From contig OZ241863.1 in the NCBI GenBank assembly GCA_965203055.1, forward strand, positions 1,280,001 to 1,344,000: DNA of 64,000 nucleotides, written 5' to 3'. Numbering within the stretch: the stretch's first letter is position 1; each line of letters begins with the position of its first letter. The DNA is from Spirochaetia bacterium. Lineage in GTDB: Bacteria; Spirochaetota; Spirochaetia; SZUA-6; Bin103. The translations under genes were made by a program, and so were the position numbers. The notes under the pieces were generated by a model, which did no database searches, was not told the DNA's origin, and was given only the letters and a program-made list of their open reading frames with translations. This document shows positions 39,263 to 51,239 of the stretch, piece by piece.

Positions 39263-39815
39263 AAAGCCCTACCGATCCGCCGCCGGAACGCGGCAAGCGC
39301 TGGCTTGGACACGGAGACTTGCCGGTTCATCGCAGCTCCTCTGCTTCCGGCTCCAACAGGTCGACCAGGTCGGCCCGGCGGAAGGCCGCGGCCAGCCGTT
39401 GCAGCGCCGAAGTGGTCGCGGCCCCTGAACCGGGCCTGATGCGGCCGGCGGCGCCAGACTGCGAGCACCGCTTCCGCGACCGCGGCGCTGGTGAACTCGT
39501 CGGCCGCCGGCGCCCGGTCCTCACGCTTGGTCCGGTACCGTACCCCAACCCGGAGATCGACGTAGCGAGGTCCTGTTGGCGCCGGTCGTTCGCGCGCAGG
39601 TCGCGCAGATCGACCGGGTTCTGACTGTTGGTGGCGAACGTGATCGCCTCCACCAGGGCGTCGTCATGCCGCTCCAGCTCGTAGATGCGGACCAGCACCT
39701 CCGCCGCTTCGATCTTCTGCTCGTCGTTGCCCAGCCGAAGCTCGCCGGCAAGAAGGTCGGCATGCCGCTCGACGATGCCCGACACCTGTTGATCGATGAT
39801 CTGCGCCGCCAGGTG
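39259..39815 (-). pseudogene. AIPR family protein, internally deleted and frameshifted
   Basis: VLVRIYEL...ITFATNSQNPVDLRDLRAND..Q AIPR motif; short N-terminus LAAQIIDQQV fused directly to it. Confidence 0.75.
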
Positions 39816-39821
39816 AGGTCA

Positions 39822-41123
39822 TCATTCATTCCGGCGGGCGGCGGCGCGGGCCGCGTGGCGGTGACGGTAACGGTGATGCGCGGCGCACAGCAGACGGAGA
39901 TTATCGGGCTCGGCGCTGCCGCCGAGCGCATACGGGAAGACGTGATCGACCTGCAGCAGGTAGCGGGAGCCGCAGCGCCGCCCGCTGCCCCGGTCCACGT
40001 AGCTGCAGCGGCCCTGATCGCGCTCCCAGACCTGCCGCTTGACCGCGGCGGGGATAGCGCGGCCGGCTGCGCGCGGCTTCTCCGGCTTGACGGCGGCGGC
40101 ATCCGCCGGCCGCGCCGGCCGCTTCTCCGCCGGCGGGGCCGGCCGTTGCGCGTCGCACTCCGTCTTCGGCGCCGAAGTGCGGGTGGCGGCGGTCGGGGCC
40201 GGCCGTTTCGCTGGCGCGACGGCGGTGCGGGCCTCGTCCGCCCGCTCCATCGCCGGCGAATTCCCGGCACCCGCGGGCAGCGCAGCCGATTCGGCCCGTT
40301 TCTTCGGCGCCGAAGTTTGCGCGGCGTCCGCGGGCCGGTTGGCGGTGCGCCGGCCGCGCGGAGGCCGGGCCGGGTCATGGCGATCCAGCGCCTCCCGTAC
40401 CAACCGGCCCATGAGCTGGCCTGCCGTCAGGTGCGGATCGACGTGGGAAAGAAGGCCCTTGAGCCGCTCCAGCCCATGCCGGCAATCGTCGTCGATTACC
40501 GCCTTGATCTCCCACCGCCCCGCGCCCAGCGGGCGCATCCGCTCCGCCGGCGCCGCCAGCTCGGGAGCGGCGTTCGCCAACAATTCCTGCACCTGCCGCG
40601 TGCTCCTGCCGGCCGCCTGCTCCACCAGCGCCCGCCGCGCCGACGCGTCCAACATCGGCGCCATCGCCGGCCCCGGCGCTGGCCGCGGTTCCGCCGGCCG
40701 GGCCGGTCCCGATGTCGGCGCCGTCGAGCCGGCTCCCGCCCCTGCGCTGCGCCCCGCGCGCCCCCGCTTGCGCTCCTGCTGATCGAAGGCGTTCTGCAAC
40801 TGCGCCGCCGCGTTCAGCGTCAGCGAGCCGTCCCGCAGCCGCTCGCGCGCGCCTTCGACATCCGCGCACAACCGCATCGCCTTGATGCGCCGCCAGGCCG
40901 CCGCGTCGCTGTATCCCAGCTCGCGCACCGCGTAATCGAACAGGCTGGAGAAGCCCAGCGTCAGATACAGACGGCGCCGGTGAAGCTCGCGCAGATGATC
41001 GATGACCACCACCTCAAGTTCGTGTTCCAGCCCGGACAACTCCTTGATCCGCTCCAACAATCGCTGGTCGGAAAGAGCGGAGACCGTGGTCATGATCTCT
41101 ACGTTCGAGCTCGCATTATCCAT
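39822..41123 (-). CDS. DUF222-like/HNH endonuclease, copy 3 (intact, 433 aa)
   Basis: Same N-domain (GFSSLFDYAVRELGYSDAAAWRRIKAMR) and a complete HNH (CSY...RCGS...VDHVFPYALGG...NLRLLCAAHH). Confidence 0.88.
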   Translation of the reverse strand: MDNASSNVEIMTTVSALSDQRLLERIKELSGLEHELEVVVIDHLRELHRRRLYLTLGFSSLFDYAVRELGYSDAAAWRRIKAMRLCADVEGARERLRDGSLTLNAAAQLQNAFDQQERKRGRAGRSAGAGAGSTAPTSGPARPAEPRPAPGPAMAPMLDASARRALVEQAAGRSTRQVQELLANAAPELAAPAERMRPLGAGRWEIKAVIDDDCRHGLERLKGLLSHVDPHLTAGQLMGRLVREALDRHDPARPPRGRRTANRPADAAQTSAPKKRAESAALPAGAGNSPAMERADEARTAVAPAKRPAPTAATRTSAPKTECDAQRPAPPAEKRPARPADAAAVKPEKPRAAGRAIPAAVKRQVWERDQGRCSYVDRGSGRRCGSRYLLQVDHVFPYALGGSAEPDNLRLLCAAHHRYRHRHAARAAARRNE

Positions 41124-41158
41124 GAAGACAATATACTCAAGAGATGGATCAGAGGCAA
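41124..41158 (-). promoter_or_regulatory. Sigma70-type leaderless promoter of HNH copy 3
   Basis: TTGCCT-17 bp-TATATT, then 6 nt to ATG; same geometry as copies 1 and 4 despite different sequence. Confidence 0.65.
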
Positions 41159-41191
41159 GCTTCATTCGATAATAAACTTTGCGAAGTGTGG

Positions 41192-41620
41192 TCACCGTAG
41201 ATCATCTACGCCGATCTCGCTCGTCATCAATATCCGAAGAAGCGATCTGAACAGCTCTTCCAATAATGCGGCCTTACGCCGATGGAAGTCGACGGCTTTG
41301 CGCACCTTGCTCAGCGCTTGCACGATGGCCTGTTGTTCGCGTTTCGGAGGTTGCGGCACGTTGAGCGCGGCCAGCCTGCTGCAGGACAGATTCGGGATCG
41401 TGGTCCTGTTGCCGGCGCCTTCGAAGATGCCGAGCTGCGTGAACGCAGACTGCAGGAAGTACACGTAGAAGCGGGGCTCCACGTCTTCAATCGGGCGCAG
41501 TCGATGCAGGTGATTCTGGAACGACATCGTTTCCACTTCGCCGTTCCAGATCGCCGCGCGGCCGATCTCGCCGCCTTCGCACACCAGCAGGTCGCCGGGC
41601 CGCAGCAGCCCGCTGTGTGG
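41192..41620 (-). pseudogene. hsdS: Type I R-M HsdS C-terminal fragment
   Basis: [54 protein letters not shown]; no N-terminal half. Confidence 0.82.
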
Positions 41621-41670
41621 ATGGTCCTCCTGCGCGGCCCCGCCGCTGGCGTACCGCGTCAGCGGTTAGA

Positions 41671-42390
41671 TTAGAGCCGTTCGGGAACTTCCAGGTAACG
41701 TACCCCGGCGGCCGCGGCGCGTTCCCGGTCGGCGGCATCGATCCGATACCCGGCGATCAGTGGGACCGCCTCCTCGCCGAACACCGCGGCAAGCGTATCC
41801 GCGCTGTTGCGGCTGCGGACGATGTCGTCGGCATCGATCCGATTGGCAACTTCGACGGCGACCCAGACCGGCGTGCGTTCGCGCCGCCGCCGCCCGCGCA
41901 GAATGATGTCGGTAGCGATGACCCGGTGCTCCTGCGCCGCGCTGATACGGCCCTCGTCGGCGGCCGTTGCGACCCGATCGGCAAAATCCTCAGGACACTG
42001 GTGCACGCCGCTCTGGATGATGCGGACGCGCCGCAGCTCCATGAGCTGACTCAGCAGCGGCTGAATCCTGCGGTGCACTTTCATCTCCAGGTCCGAGCCC
42101 TTCAGGTATCCGACGTCGGTCTTGAGGCCTGCCACGTCGGTCTTGAGGACCGTCACGTCGGCCTGGAGGTCCTTCACATCGGCCTGCAGGTTCGTCACCT
42201 TGGCCTGCAGGTCCGTCACGTCCTTCTTGAGCTCGGCAATATCTTTCTCGATGCGGTCCAGCCGTGCGGGCATGCCGAGAAACTCGTTGGTGAGCATGGC
42301 GCGCAACAACATCCGCTGTGCCTCGGGGTTGGCCTGCAGCTCGGCGATGATGCGGGCCACCAGCGATTCCGGTTTCAGTTGTCCAGCCAT
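41671..42390 (-). CDS. Coiled-coil protein with a possible C-terminal restriction-endonuclease-like domain
   Basis: 21-bp heptad repeats (DVTDLQAK/DVKDLQAD) followed by ATDIIL...VAVEVANRID. Confidence 0.7.
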   Translation of the reverse strand: MAGQLKPESLVARIIAELQANPEAQRMLLRAMLTNEFLGMPARLDRIEKDIAELKKDVTDLQAKVTNLQADVKDLQADVTVLKTDVAGLKTDVGYLKGSDLEMKVHRRIQPLLSQLMELRRVRIIQSGVHQCPEDFADRVATAADEGRISAAQEHRVIATDIILRGRRRRERTPVWVAVEVANRIDADDIVRSRNSADTLAAVFGEEAVPLIAGYRIDAADRERAAAAGVRYLEVPERL

Positions 42391-42545
42391 GTGTGGTCCC
42401 ACGTCCCGATCGAACCTATATGGCGAGCGCGGCTCCGGTCAAGCCTCCGGCCTCCCTCCGAAGCGCCGGGGTCGGTTGGTTGACAGCATCCGTTGACACG
42501 AAGCCGACCGGAAGGCATCTTCTGACCGTAGGAGGGGAGGCGCCC

Positions 42546-42610
42546 ATGAAGACGGACGACCGAATCCGGCGACGCGCATGGCTCGGTCTCCTGGACCCCG
42601 CCGCCGGGTA

Positions 42611-42611
<1 letters not shown>
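42546..42611 (+). CDS. 21-aa ORF coupled to zwf
   Basis: SD GGAGGGGAGG, ATG 42546, MKTDDRIRRRAWLGLLDPAAG*, TAATG overlap with the zwf start. Confidence 0.4.
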
Positions 42612-44191
<1,580 letters not shown>

Positions 44192-44209
44192 GCGCCGCCG
44201 GCGGCCGGC

Positions 44210-45712
44210 ATGGCGACCCGTCCCAACGTACTCCTGATCACCACCGATCACTGGCCCGCGGCGCTGCTCGGCTGCGCCGGCCACCCGGTGATCCAGACTC
44301 CCACCCTCGACGCGCTGGCCGCGAGCGGCGCGCGCTTCACCAACGCCTACTCCGAGTGCCCGGTCTGCATCCCGGCGCGCCGCACCCTGATGACGGGAGT
44401 CAGCCCGCGCACCCACGGCGACCGCAACTTCGGCGAAACGCTGCCGATGCCGGCGCTGCCCACGCTGGCGGGAACCTTCTCCGGCGCCGGCTATCAGGCG
44501 TACGCGGTAGGCAAGCTGCACGTCTACCCGCAGCGCAACCGCATCGGCTTCGACGACGTGATCCTGGACGAGGAGGGGCGCGCGCAGTACGGCGTGACCG
44601 ACGACTACGAGTTGTTCCTCGGCGATGCCGGATACGCCGGGCAGCAGTTCTTCCACGGCATGAGCAACAACCGCTACGTGAGCCGGCCATGGCACCTGCC
44701 GGAGCGCACCCACGCCACCAACTGGGCCACCGCGGAGCTGGTCCGCACCATCAAGCGCCGCGACCCCACCCGCCCGGCGTTCTGGTATCTCTCCTACCGC
44801 CACCCGCATCCGCCGCTGGTGCCGCTGGCCGCCTACCTCGACCTGTACCGCGGGCAGCCGCTCGACGAGCCGCGCTGCGGCGCCTGGGCGGCCGATCCCG
44901 AGCGCCTGCCGCTGGCGTTGCGCGCCGCGCGCGAGCGCGAGGCGTACCTGGCGGCGCCGGAACAGACCGCGGCCGCCCGGCGCGCCTTCTACGCGCTCTG
45001 CACCCATATCGATCATCAGCTCAGCGTGATCCTCGGCACGTTGCGGGAGGAGGGGCTGCTCGACGCCACCGTGATCTGCTTCACCGCCGACCACGGCGAC
45101 ATGCTCGGCAACCACGGGGTGTGGGCCAAGCGGCTGTTCTACGAACCGTCGGCCAACGTGCCGTTGCTGCTGGTGGGGGCCGACGCCGCCGGCGCGCGTG
45201 TGGAGCGCGGGGTGGATCAACGCCTAGTGGGGCTGCAGGACGTGATGCCGACGCTGCTCGGCCTGGCCGGAATCGCAGTCCCGGACAGCGTGGAAGGCCG
45301 CTCGGCGGTGACCGGCGCGCCGCGCCCGTGGCTCTACGGCGAGCTGGGCGAAGATCACTTCGCCGGGCGCATGCTGCGCGCCGGGCGCTACAAACTGATC
45401 TACTACCCGGCCGGCAACCGCTGCCAGCTCTTCGATCTGCAGGCCGATCCCCATGAACTGACCGATCTGGCGGCGGCTCCCGCCGGCCCCGAGGCGGGCG
45501 CGATGCTCGCGCGCCTGCAGCGGCTGCTGATCGAGCAACTGCACGGCGGCGACCGCGCCTGGGTGCGCGCCGGCGAACTGGTGGGGGTGCCCGATCCGGC
45601 CTACCGCGCCGGCCCCAACAAGGGCCTGTCCGGCCAGCGCGGCGGCCACTGGCCGCCGCCCCCGCGCACCGACCAGCAACAGATCCAGTGGTTCACCGGC
45701 ACTACCTGCTGA
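44210..45712 (+). CDS. Sulfatase (formylglycine-dependent)
   Basis: RPNVLLITTD, CIPAR, GKLH, ADHGDMLG. Confidence 0.92.
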   Translation: MATRPNVLLITTDHWPAALLGCAGHPVIQTPTLDALAASGARFTNAYSECPVCIPARRTLMTGVSPRTHGDRNFGETLPMPALPTLAGTFSGAGYQAYAVGKLHVYPQRNRIGFDDVILDEEGRAQYGVTDDYELFLGDAGYAGQQFFHGMSNNRYVSRPWHLPERTHATNWATAELVRTIKRRDPTRPAFWYLSYRHPHPPLVPLAAYLDLYRGQPLDEPRCGAWAADPERLPLALRAAREREAYLAAPEQTAAARRAFYALCTHIDHQLSVILGTLREEGLLDATVICFTADHGDMLGNHGVWAKRLFYEPSANVPLLLVGADAAGARVERGVDQRLVGLQDVMPTLLGLAGIAVPDSVEGRSAVTGAPRPWLYGELGEDHFAGRMLRAGRYKLIYYPAGNRCQLFDLQADPHELTDLAAAPAGPEAGAMLARLQRLLIEQLHGGDRAWVRAGELVGVPDPAYRAGPNKGLSGQRGGHWPPPPRTDQQQIQWFTGTTC

Positions 45713-46382
45713 CCGCGCCGGGGCTGTCGGGGTCGCCTGGTCCGCTGCCGGGGCTGCCCGGTCCGCTGCCGGTTTCGCCCGGTCCGCTGCCGGGTTCGCC
45801 CGGTCCGCCGCCGGGGTCGCCGGCCGGTCCGGCGCCCGGCCACGGTTCGCCGGCGGTCTGCAGCTCCTCCTGCTCCACCTTCTCGAGGAACGGGCGGAAG
45901 CCGCGCGCGAGGTAGTTGGGCAGCGCGTGCGGGTGATCGGCGGTGCAGGTGTGCAGCCACACGCGCCCGCCGCCCAGCTCGCGCGCGCGGCGCACCGCGT
46001 CGCACAACAGATGGCCGCCGAGGCCGCGCCCGGTGCAGCGCGGCACCAGTCCGAACTGCGTGATCTCCACGCCGGCCTGATCCGGTTCGCTGCCGGCCAC
46101 CAGCTCGAAGTAGCCGCCGGGGGCGCCGTCTACCCAGGCAACCCAGGTCTCCAGACCGGGGCGCCGCAGGTAGGCTTCCCAGGCGGCGTAGCTCCACGGC
46201 AGGCGCCGCGTCCAGTTCCACCGGTAGCCCACCGCGGTATACAGGAAGCGGCAGAATTCGGGGCTGACCGCGGCTACCCGCCGCAGCTCGCAGGCGGGCC
46301 GCGGCCGGGAGGGCGGGCGCAACGGCGCCCCGGCCGGCAATTCCAGCCAGGTCGTGCGCACCGGGCCGCGGGTCACGGCCAT
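45702..46382 (-). CDS. GNAT N-acetyltransferase with Gly/Pro repeat tail
   Basis: FGLVP..TGRGLGGHLL, VWLHTCTADHPHALPNYLARGF; 21-bp repeats near 45715..45840. Confidence 0.88.
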   Translation of the reverse strand: MAVTRGPVRTTWLELPAGAPLRPPSRPRPACELRRVAAVSPEFCRFLYTAVGYRWNWTRRLPWSYAAWEAYLRRPGLETWVAWVDGAPGGYFELVAGSEPDQAGVEITQFGLVPRCTGRGLGGHLLCDAVRRARELGGGRVWLHTCTADHPHALPNYLARGFRPFLEKVEQEELQTAGEPWPGAGPAGDPGGGPGEPGSGPGETGSGPGSPGSGPGDPDSPGAVSR

Positions 46383-46444
46383 GCGGTTACTTCCATGCGG
46401 TCACCTCCAATCGGCGCCTCGGCGGCGCCGGCTGCCGGCGTTGG

Positions 46445-47314
46445 TCATCTCCAGTCGGTCCACGAATGGCGCGCTTCGTAACCCGCCGCGGCGCGCGCCT
46501 TGGCGCTGCTCACGAACGACTGGCGGCCGGTCAGGTCGACCGGAATCGCGCTCAGCAGCTCCGGGCGCAGCCGCGCCACCAGCTCGCGCGACTCCTCCGG
46601 CGCGCGGTGGTCGGCCGCGGTGAGCAGGTAGCAGGAGGCGGGCGGCAGCCGCTCCGCGGCGTCGAACAGCAGGCGGTGACCGCGCGCCGCGTCGCGGATG
46701 TCGACGTAGTGCCACAGCGCCGGGTCCCACTCGGTGGTGGGGCTGACGGCGCCGGCATGCGCCTGCAGCGCCTGCGGGGTCCAGATCCAGGCCGGCCGGC
46801 AGCCGATGGCGCGGATGCCGTGCGCGCGCCAGAACCACTCCAGCAGCAACTCGCCGGCCTGCTTCGAGAACACGTAGGAGTCGGTGACCCATCCCGGGTG
46901 GTCGTCGTCCAGCGGCAGGTAGCGGTAGGTGGTGGCGCCGCCCTTGACGGTGACGATCGAGCTGGTCTGCACCACCAGCTTGACGCCCGCCTCCGCGGCC
47001 GCGGTGAGCAGGTAGTAGAGTCCGAGCACGTTCACCCGGACGGTGGTGTCGAACGGCGGCGCGGTGTCGTCGCTGCGCTCCGCGCGGTCGGTAGCGTAGG
47101 GGATCGCGCCCAGGGCGACGATCGCCTCGGCGCCGCTCTCGGCGACCACCCGCCGGCAGTCGGCCACGTCGGTCAGGTCGCCCGCCAGAAAGGGCAGGTG
47201 GGCGCGGTCCTCAGGCGGCGGGCGCAGGTCGGTGAGCGCCACCTCGTGATCGGCGAACTCGCGCGCCACGTAGCCGGCCAGCCGGCCGCTGCCGCCGGTT
47301 ATCAGTACCTTCAT
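46445..47314 (-). CDS. NAD-dependent epimerase/dehydratase
   Basis: ITGGSGRLA, YVFSK, YVDIRDAA. Confidence 0.9.
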   Translation of the reverse strand: MKVLITGGSGRLAGYVAREFADHEVALTDLRPPPEDRAHLPFLAGDLTDVADCRRVVAESGAEAIVALGAIPYATDRAERSDDTAPPFDTTVRVNVLGLYYLLTAAAEAGVKLVVQTSSIVTVKGGATTYRYLPLDDDHPGWVTDSYVFSKQAGELLLEWFWRAHGIRAIGCRPAWIWTPQALQAHAGAVSPTTEWDPALWHYVDIRDAARGHRLLFDAAERLPPASCYLLTAADHRAPEESRELVARLRPELLSAIPVDLTGRQSFVSSAKARAAAGYEARHSWTDWR

Positions 47315-47418
47315 CCCTGCTCGACTCCTTGCCGCCGCTCAACGCCCGGGCGCGGGAACCCGCCGGCCAATCCGCCCGCCGCGGCGCCGCCAACGAGCCG
47401 GCGCCGCGCGGCGCTTGC

Positions 47419-47455
47419 TTGACGCATGTTGTAACCCACCCGTAGGATTCGCGCC
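47419..47455 (+). promoter_or_regulatory. Putative sigma70 promoter of the ABC operon (leaderless)
   Basis: TTGACG-18 bp-TAGGAT, then 7 nt to ATG 47456; no SD. Confidence 0.5.
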
Positions 47456-48433
47456 ATGGCCAACCGGATCGAGGCCGCCGCGGTCGCGGTCGCAGTGCCT
47501 CGCCGCCAGCGCTTCATCAAGGTGCTGGTGAAGAAGCGCTACCTGTACCTGATGATGGTGCCGGTGCTGGCCTGGTACGTCATATTCCAGTACCTGCCGA
47601 TGTACGGCATCGTGCTGGCGTTTCAGGACTTCCGCTTCTCGCGCGGCTTCGCCAGCCCGTTCGTCGGCTTCGACAACTTCACCCGGCTGCTTACCGACAA
47701 GAATTTTCAGCTCGCGTTTCGCAATACCGTGGTCATAAACGTGCTGCGCTTCATCTTCGGCGTGCCCGCGCCGGTGCTGTTCGCGCTGCTGCTCAACGAG
47801 GTGTTCCACCCCGGCTACAAGCGGGTGGTGCAGACGGTGACCTACCTGCCGCACTTCGTGTCCTGGGTCGCCCTGGCCGGCATCATCAACACGCTGCTCA
47901 CCAGGGACACCGGCGCCGTCAACGTGGCGCTGGCCGCGCTCGGCTTCGAGCAGGTCGGCTTCCTGATCGACAACCGCTACTTCCGCTGGGTGCTGATCGC
48001 CACCGAGCTGTGGAAGGAGGTCGGCTGGACGTCGATCATCTATCTGGCCGCGATCGCCGGCATCGATCCGACGCTCTACGAATGCGCGCAGGTGGAGGGC
48101 GCGAAACGGCGCCAGATGGCATGGCACATCACCTTGCCATGCATCTCCAATACCGTCGCCATCATGGCGATCATCTTCCTGGGCCATATCCTGGCGATCG
48201 GCTTCGATCAGATCTTCAACCTGTACAATCCGGTGGTCTACGAAACCTCCGACATCCTCGACACCTACATCGTCAGAAACCTGCAGCAGAACCCGAAGTT
48301 CGGGCTGCTGTCCGCGGCCAGCATGATCAAGTCGGTGGTCGGGCTGGCGCTGCTGATCGCCGCCAACAACGCGGTCAAGCTGTTCGGTCTGGAAGGCATC
48401 TACGCGTCGCGCGGCGTGGGGGCGGTGCGCTGA
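47456..48433 (+). CDS. Carbohydrate ABC transporter permease (LplB-like)
   Basis: YLPMYGIVLAF, YLPHFVSW, LYECAQVEGA. Confidence 0.93.
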   Translation: MANRIEAAAVAVAVPRRQRFIKVLVKKRYLYLMMVPVLAWYVIFQYLPMYGIVLAFQDFRFSRGFASPFVGFDNFTRLLTDKNFQLAFRNTVVINVLRFIFGVPAPVLFALLLNEVFHPGYKRVVQTVTYLPHFVSWVALAGIINTLLTRDTGAVNVALAALGFEQVGFLIDNRYFRWVLIATELWKEVGWTSIIYLAAIAGIDPTLYECAQVEGAKRRQMAWHITLPCISNTVAIMAIIFLGHILAIGFDQIFNLYNPVVYETSDILDTYIVRNLQQNPKFGLLSAASMIKSVVGLALLIAANNAVKLFGLEGIYASRGVGAVR

Positions 48434-48435
48434 AC

Positions 48436-49287
48436 ATGGCCCGCCGGCGGATGGAACCGTTCGACCTGTTCAACTATTTCCTGTTGCTGCTGGCGACGCT
48501 GGTCACGCTGTATCCGTTCTGGTACATCCTGGTGATCGCGACCGCCACCGAGCGCGGCTTCTTCGCCGACTATTACCACGTCATTCCCAAGAGCTTCACG
48601 CTGGCCAGCTTCCAGACCGCGCTGTCGCGGCCGCTGGTGTACGTCGCCTTCTTCATCAGCGTGGTGGTGACCACGGCCGGCACCGCGCTGAGCCTGCTGC
48701 TCACCTCGATGGGCGCCTACGTCCTCTCCAAGAACGACCTTCCGGGCCGCAACTTCTTCTTCCGGCTGATCATCTTCACCATGTTCTTCAGCGGCGGGCT
48801 GGTGCCGCTGTACATCCTGCTGACCTCGATGGGCATGCGCAACTCGCTGCTGGTGCTGTTCGTGCCCAACGCCATCAACACCTTCAACCTGATCCTGATG
48901 AAGAACTACTTCGCCACCTCAGTGCCGCAAAGTCTCGAAGATTCGGCCAAGATCGACGGCTACAACGAGATCCAGATCCTGTTCCTGATCGTGCTGCCCA
49001 CCTCGATGCCGATCGTGGCCACCATGGGGCTGTTCTACGCCGTGTTCTTCTGGAACGACTGGTTCTTTCCGATGCTGTTCATCTCCGACGCCAAGCTCTA
49101 TCCCCTGTCGATGGTGATGCGCAACCTGGTGGTGAACGCCTCCTCGATCTTCGTGCCGAGCGACGTCGTGCCGCAGATGCTCAAGGCCGCGGTGATCGTC
49201 ATCAGCATCGTCCCCATCATGATGGTCTATCCGTTCATTCAGAAGCACTTCGTGAAGGGCATCATGCTCGGCGCGGTCAAGGAGTAG
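48436..49287 (+). CDS. Carbohydrate ABC transporter permease (LplC-like)
   Basis: MFFSGGLVP, SLEDSAKIDG, YPFIQKHFVKGIMLGAVKE. Confidence 0.93.
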   Translation: MARRRMEPFDLFNYFLLLLATLVTLYPFWYILVIATATERGFFADYYHVIPKSFTLASFQTALSRPLVYVAFFISVVVTTAGTALSLLLTSMGAYVLSKNDLPGRNFFFRLIIFTMFFSGGLVPLYILLTSMGMRNSLLVLFVPNAINTFNLILMKNYFATSVPQSLEDSAKIDGYNEIQILFLIVLPTSMPIVATMGLFYAVFFWNDWFFPMLFISDAKLYPLSMVMRNLVVNASSIFVPSDVVPQMLKAAVIVISIVPIMMVYPFIQKHFVKGIMLGAVKE

Positions 49288-49387
49288 CGGTGCGCGGCGC
49301 GCGTCGGCCCGGCCCCGCACGACACGGCTCTGCAAGAATCAGCGCAGCGTTGTCTGCAATCTTCATATTTTCAGAAGGAGGTGTCGA

Positions 49388-51049
49388 ATGACATCAACAT
49401 CACGAACCTTTTTCAGGCGGGCAGGCGCCCGCGCCGCGGCGCGGCGGCGCCCGCGCCGCGGCGCGGCGGCGGCGGCGTGCGCCGCTCTGCTGGTCACCAT
49501 GGGCGGGGCGGTCTGGGCTGCCGGCGAGGGAGAAGCCGGAGCCGCGGGCGGCGCCGTCGAGATCGTTCCGATCAAGGTGTTCGTGCCCGGTCCGCTGCGC
49601 ATGGACCCGGAGGCCGATCCGAGCATCATGGAGATGGAGCGGCGCCTGAACATCGACTTGCAGATCGAGGGCGGCCCCTGGGATCAGGTGTGGTCGAAGC
49701 TCAATCTGATGGTCGCGTCGGGCGATCCGCTGGATATCATGCACGTCTCCAATCAGGGGCAGAACGCGTGGCAGCAGTGGGCCCAGGAGGGACTGGTCGT
49801 CAACCTCGACGAGCACGTCACCCCGGAGGAACATCCCTACAGCTACAAGGTGATGAACGCCGACACGTTCAAGCCGCTGGCGATCGATGGCGCGCACTAT
49901 TACGTGCCTGGTACCCATCACGGCGGCGACTGGCAGTTCCGCATCCGCCGCGACTGGCTGGACAACCTGGGGATGGAGATGCCGACGACGCCGGATGAGT
50001 TGTACGCGGTGCTCAAGGCGTTCAGCGAGGGCGATCCGGACGGCAACGGCAAGGACGACACCACCGGATTCGTCGCCAATGGCGACCGCAACGGCTGGGG
50101 CCTGGGGCCGATCTTCATGGCCTACAACGCCAGCGGCGGGATCAAGGATCTGGAGCTGCAGGATGACGGCACGGTGATTTCGCTGGCCACCCACGACGGC
50201 ACCCTGGAGGCGATCAAGTTCGCCAACCGGCTCTACCGCGAAGGCGCCCTGAACACCGACTTCATCAACCACGCCACCAACGAGGAGGCTTCCAATCAGT
50301 GGATCTACTCCAACCGCGGCGGCGCGTTCTGGGCGCCGGGAGCGTACGTCTTCCCGGACCGCGTGGCGCGCATCGGCGTGGCGGAGGCGCAGTTCGCGTC
50401 GCCCAATCCGCCGGTGGTCGCTCCCGGCTACAAGCTCAACGGCGGCGGCGTGGCGTGGTGGCTGCTGCTCGGCATCTCCGCCGACTCCGAGTACGTCGAC
50501 AAGTCGCTGGAGACCATCGAGTTCGCCAACAGCCGCGCGGGCCGCGAACTGTTCGTGGCCGGGGTCGAAGGCCGCCACTGGAGCAACATGGTCGACGGGC
50601 TGTACGACCTCGACTTCGAGGCCTGGAAGCAGGATTACGACGTCGACCTGGTGAACAAGTCGTGGCCGCGCTGGTGGGGCTTCTTCACCACCACCCACGG
50701 CTACATCCCGGTGGCCGAGCATCCCACTTTCGAAGAGGCGATGGCCAACGTCGAGATCTGGGCCAACCGCGCCGACTACGAGTTGGGCGGCACCTTCCGC
50801 CACGCGGTTTCGGAGTCGAAGACGTTGTTCCGGCCCAACCCGATGGATCAGGTCACCCTGGGCGAGGTGGAGGATATCCGGGTGAACCTGGACGAGAACG
50901 TGCGCGCCCCGCTGTTCGCGAAGATGCTGATCGCCGGCACCGAGGCGGAGATCGACGCGCTGTGGGCGGAGTATCAGCAGGCATTGCAGGACAACCGCTA
51001 CGCCGAGTTCCTGCAGGCCTACCAGGACTACGCCGACGCCAACCTGTAG
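49388..51049 (+). CDS. ABC transporter substrate-binding protein
   Basis: SD AAGGAGGT; signal peptide; IRRDWLDNLG, PTTPDELY, DPDGNGKDDT. Confidence 0.9.
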   Translation: MTSTSRTFFRRAGARAAARRRPRRGAAAAACAALLVTMGGAVWAAGEGEAGAAGGAVEIVPIKVFVPGPLRMDPEADPSIMEMERRLNIDLQIEGGPWDQVWSKLNLMVASGDPLDIMHVSNQGQNAWQQWAQEGLVVNLDEHVTPEEHPYSYKVMNADTFKPLAIDGAHYYVPGTHHGGDWQFRIRRDWLDNLGMEMPTTPDELYAVLKAFSEGDPDGNGKDDTTGFVANGDRNGWGLGPIFMAYNASGGIKDLELQDDGTVISLATHDGTLEAIKFANRLYREGALNTDFINHATNEEASNQWIYSNRGGAFWAPGAYVFPDRVARIGVAEAQFASPNPPVVAPGYKLNGGGVAWWLLLGISADSEYVDKSLETIEFANSRAGRELFVAGVEGRHWSNMVDGLYDLDFEAWKQDYDVDLVNKSWPRWWGFFTTTHGYIPVAEHPTFEEAMANVEIWANRADYELGGTFRHAVSESKTLFRPNPMDQVTLGEVEDIRVNLDENVRAPLFAKMLIAGTEAEIDALWAEYQQALQDNRYAEFLQAYQDYADANL

Positions 51050-51060
51050 CGGCGGCCCGC

Positions 51061-51104
51061 CAAGCCCGCCGCCGCAGCGTCAGCGCGGCGCGGCGGCGGG
51101 CTTG
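51061..51104. terminator. 15-bp perfect inverted repeat between convergent genes
   Basis: CAAGCCCGCCGCCGC-14 nt-GCGGCGGCGGGCTTG, 12 nt after the SBP stop; no U-tract. Confidence 0.6.
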
Positions 51105-51239
51105 AGGCGCCGGACGGGGAGGGTCCCGCGGCCGCGCGCGGATCAGGCGGACGGATGCGGCGGTCCGGCGGCGCCGGTCGAGAGGGCTGCGGGCAGCGCG
51201 GGCGCTCTCAGCGGCGCCGCCCGGCTCACCTGGCCAGGG

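Noticed and set aside
45715..45840. 21-bp repeats in the GNAT tail (also the heptad repeats at 42120..42230)
   Set aside because: Ordinary tandem coding repeats without spacers or palindromy
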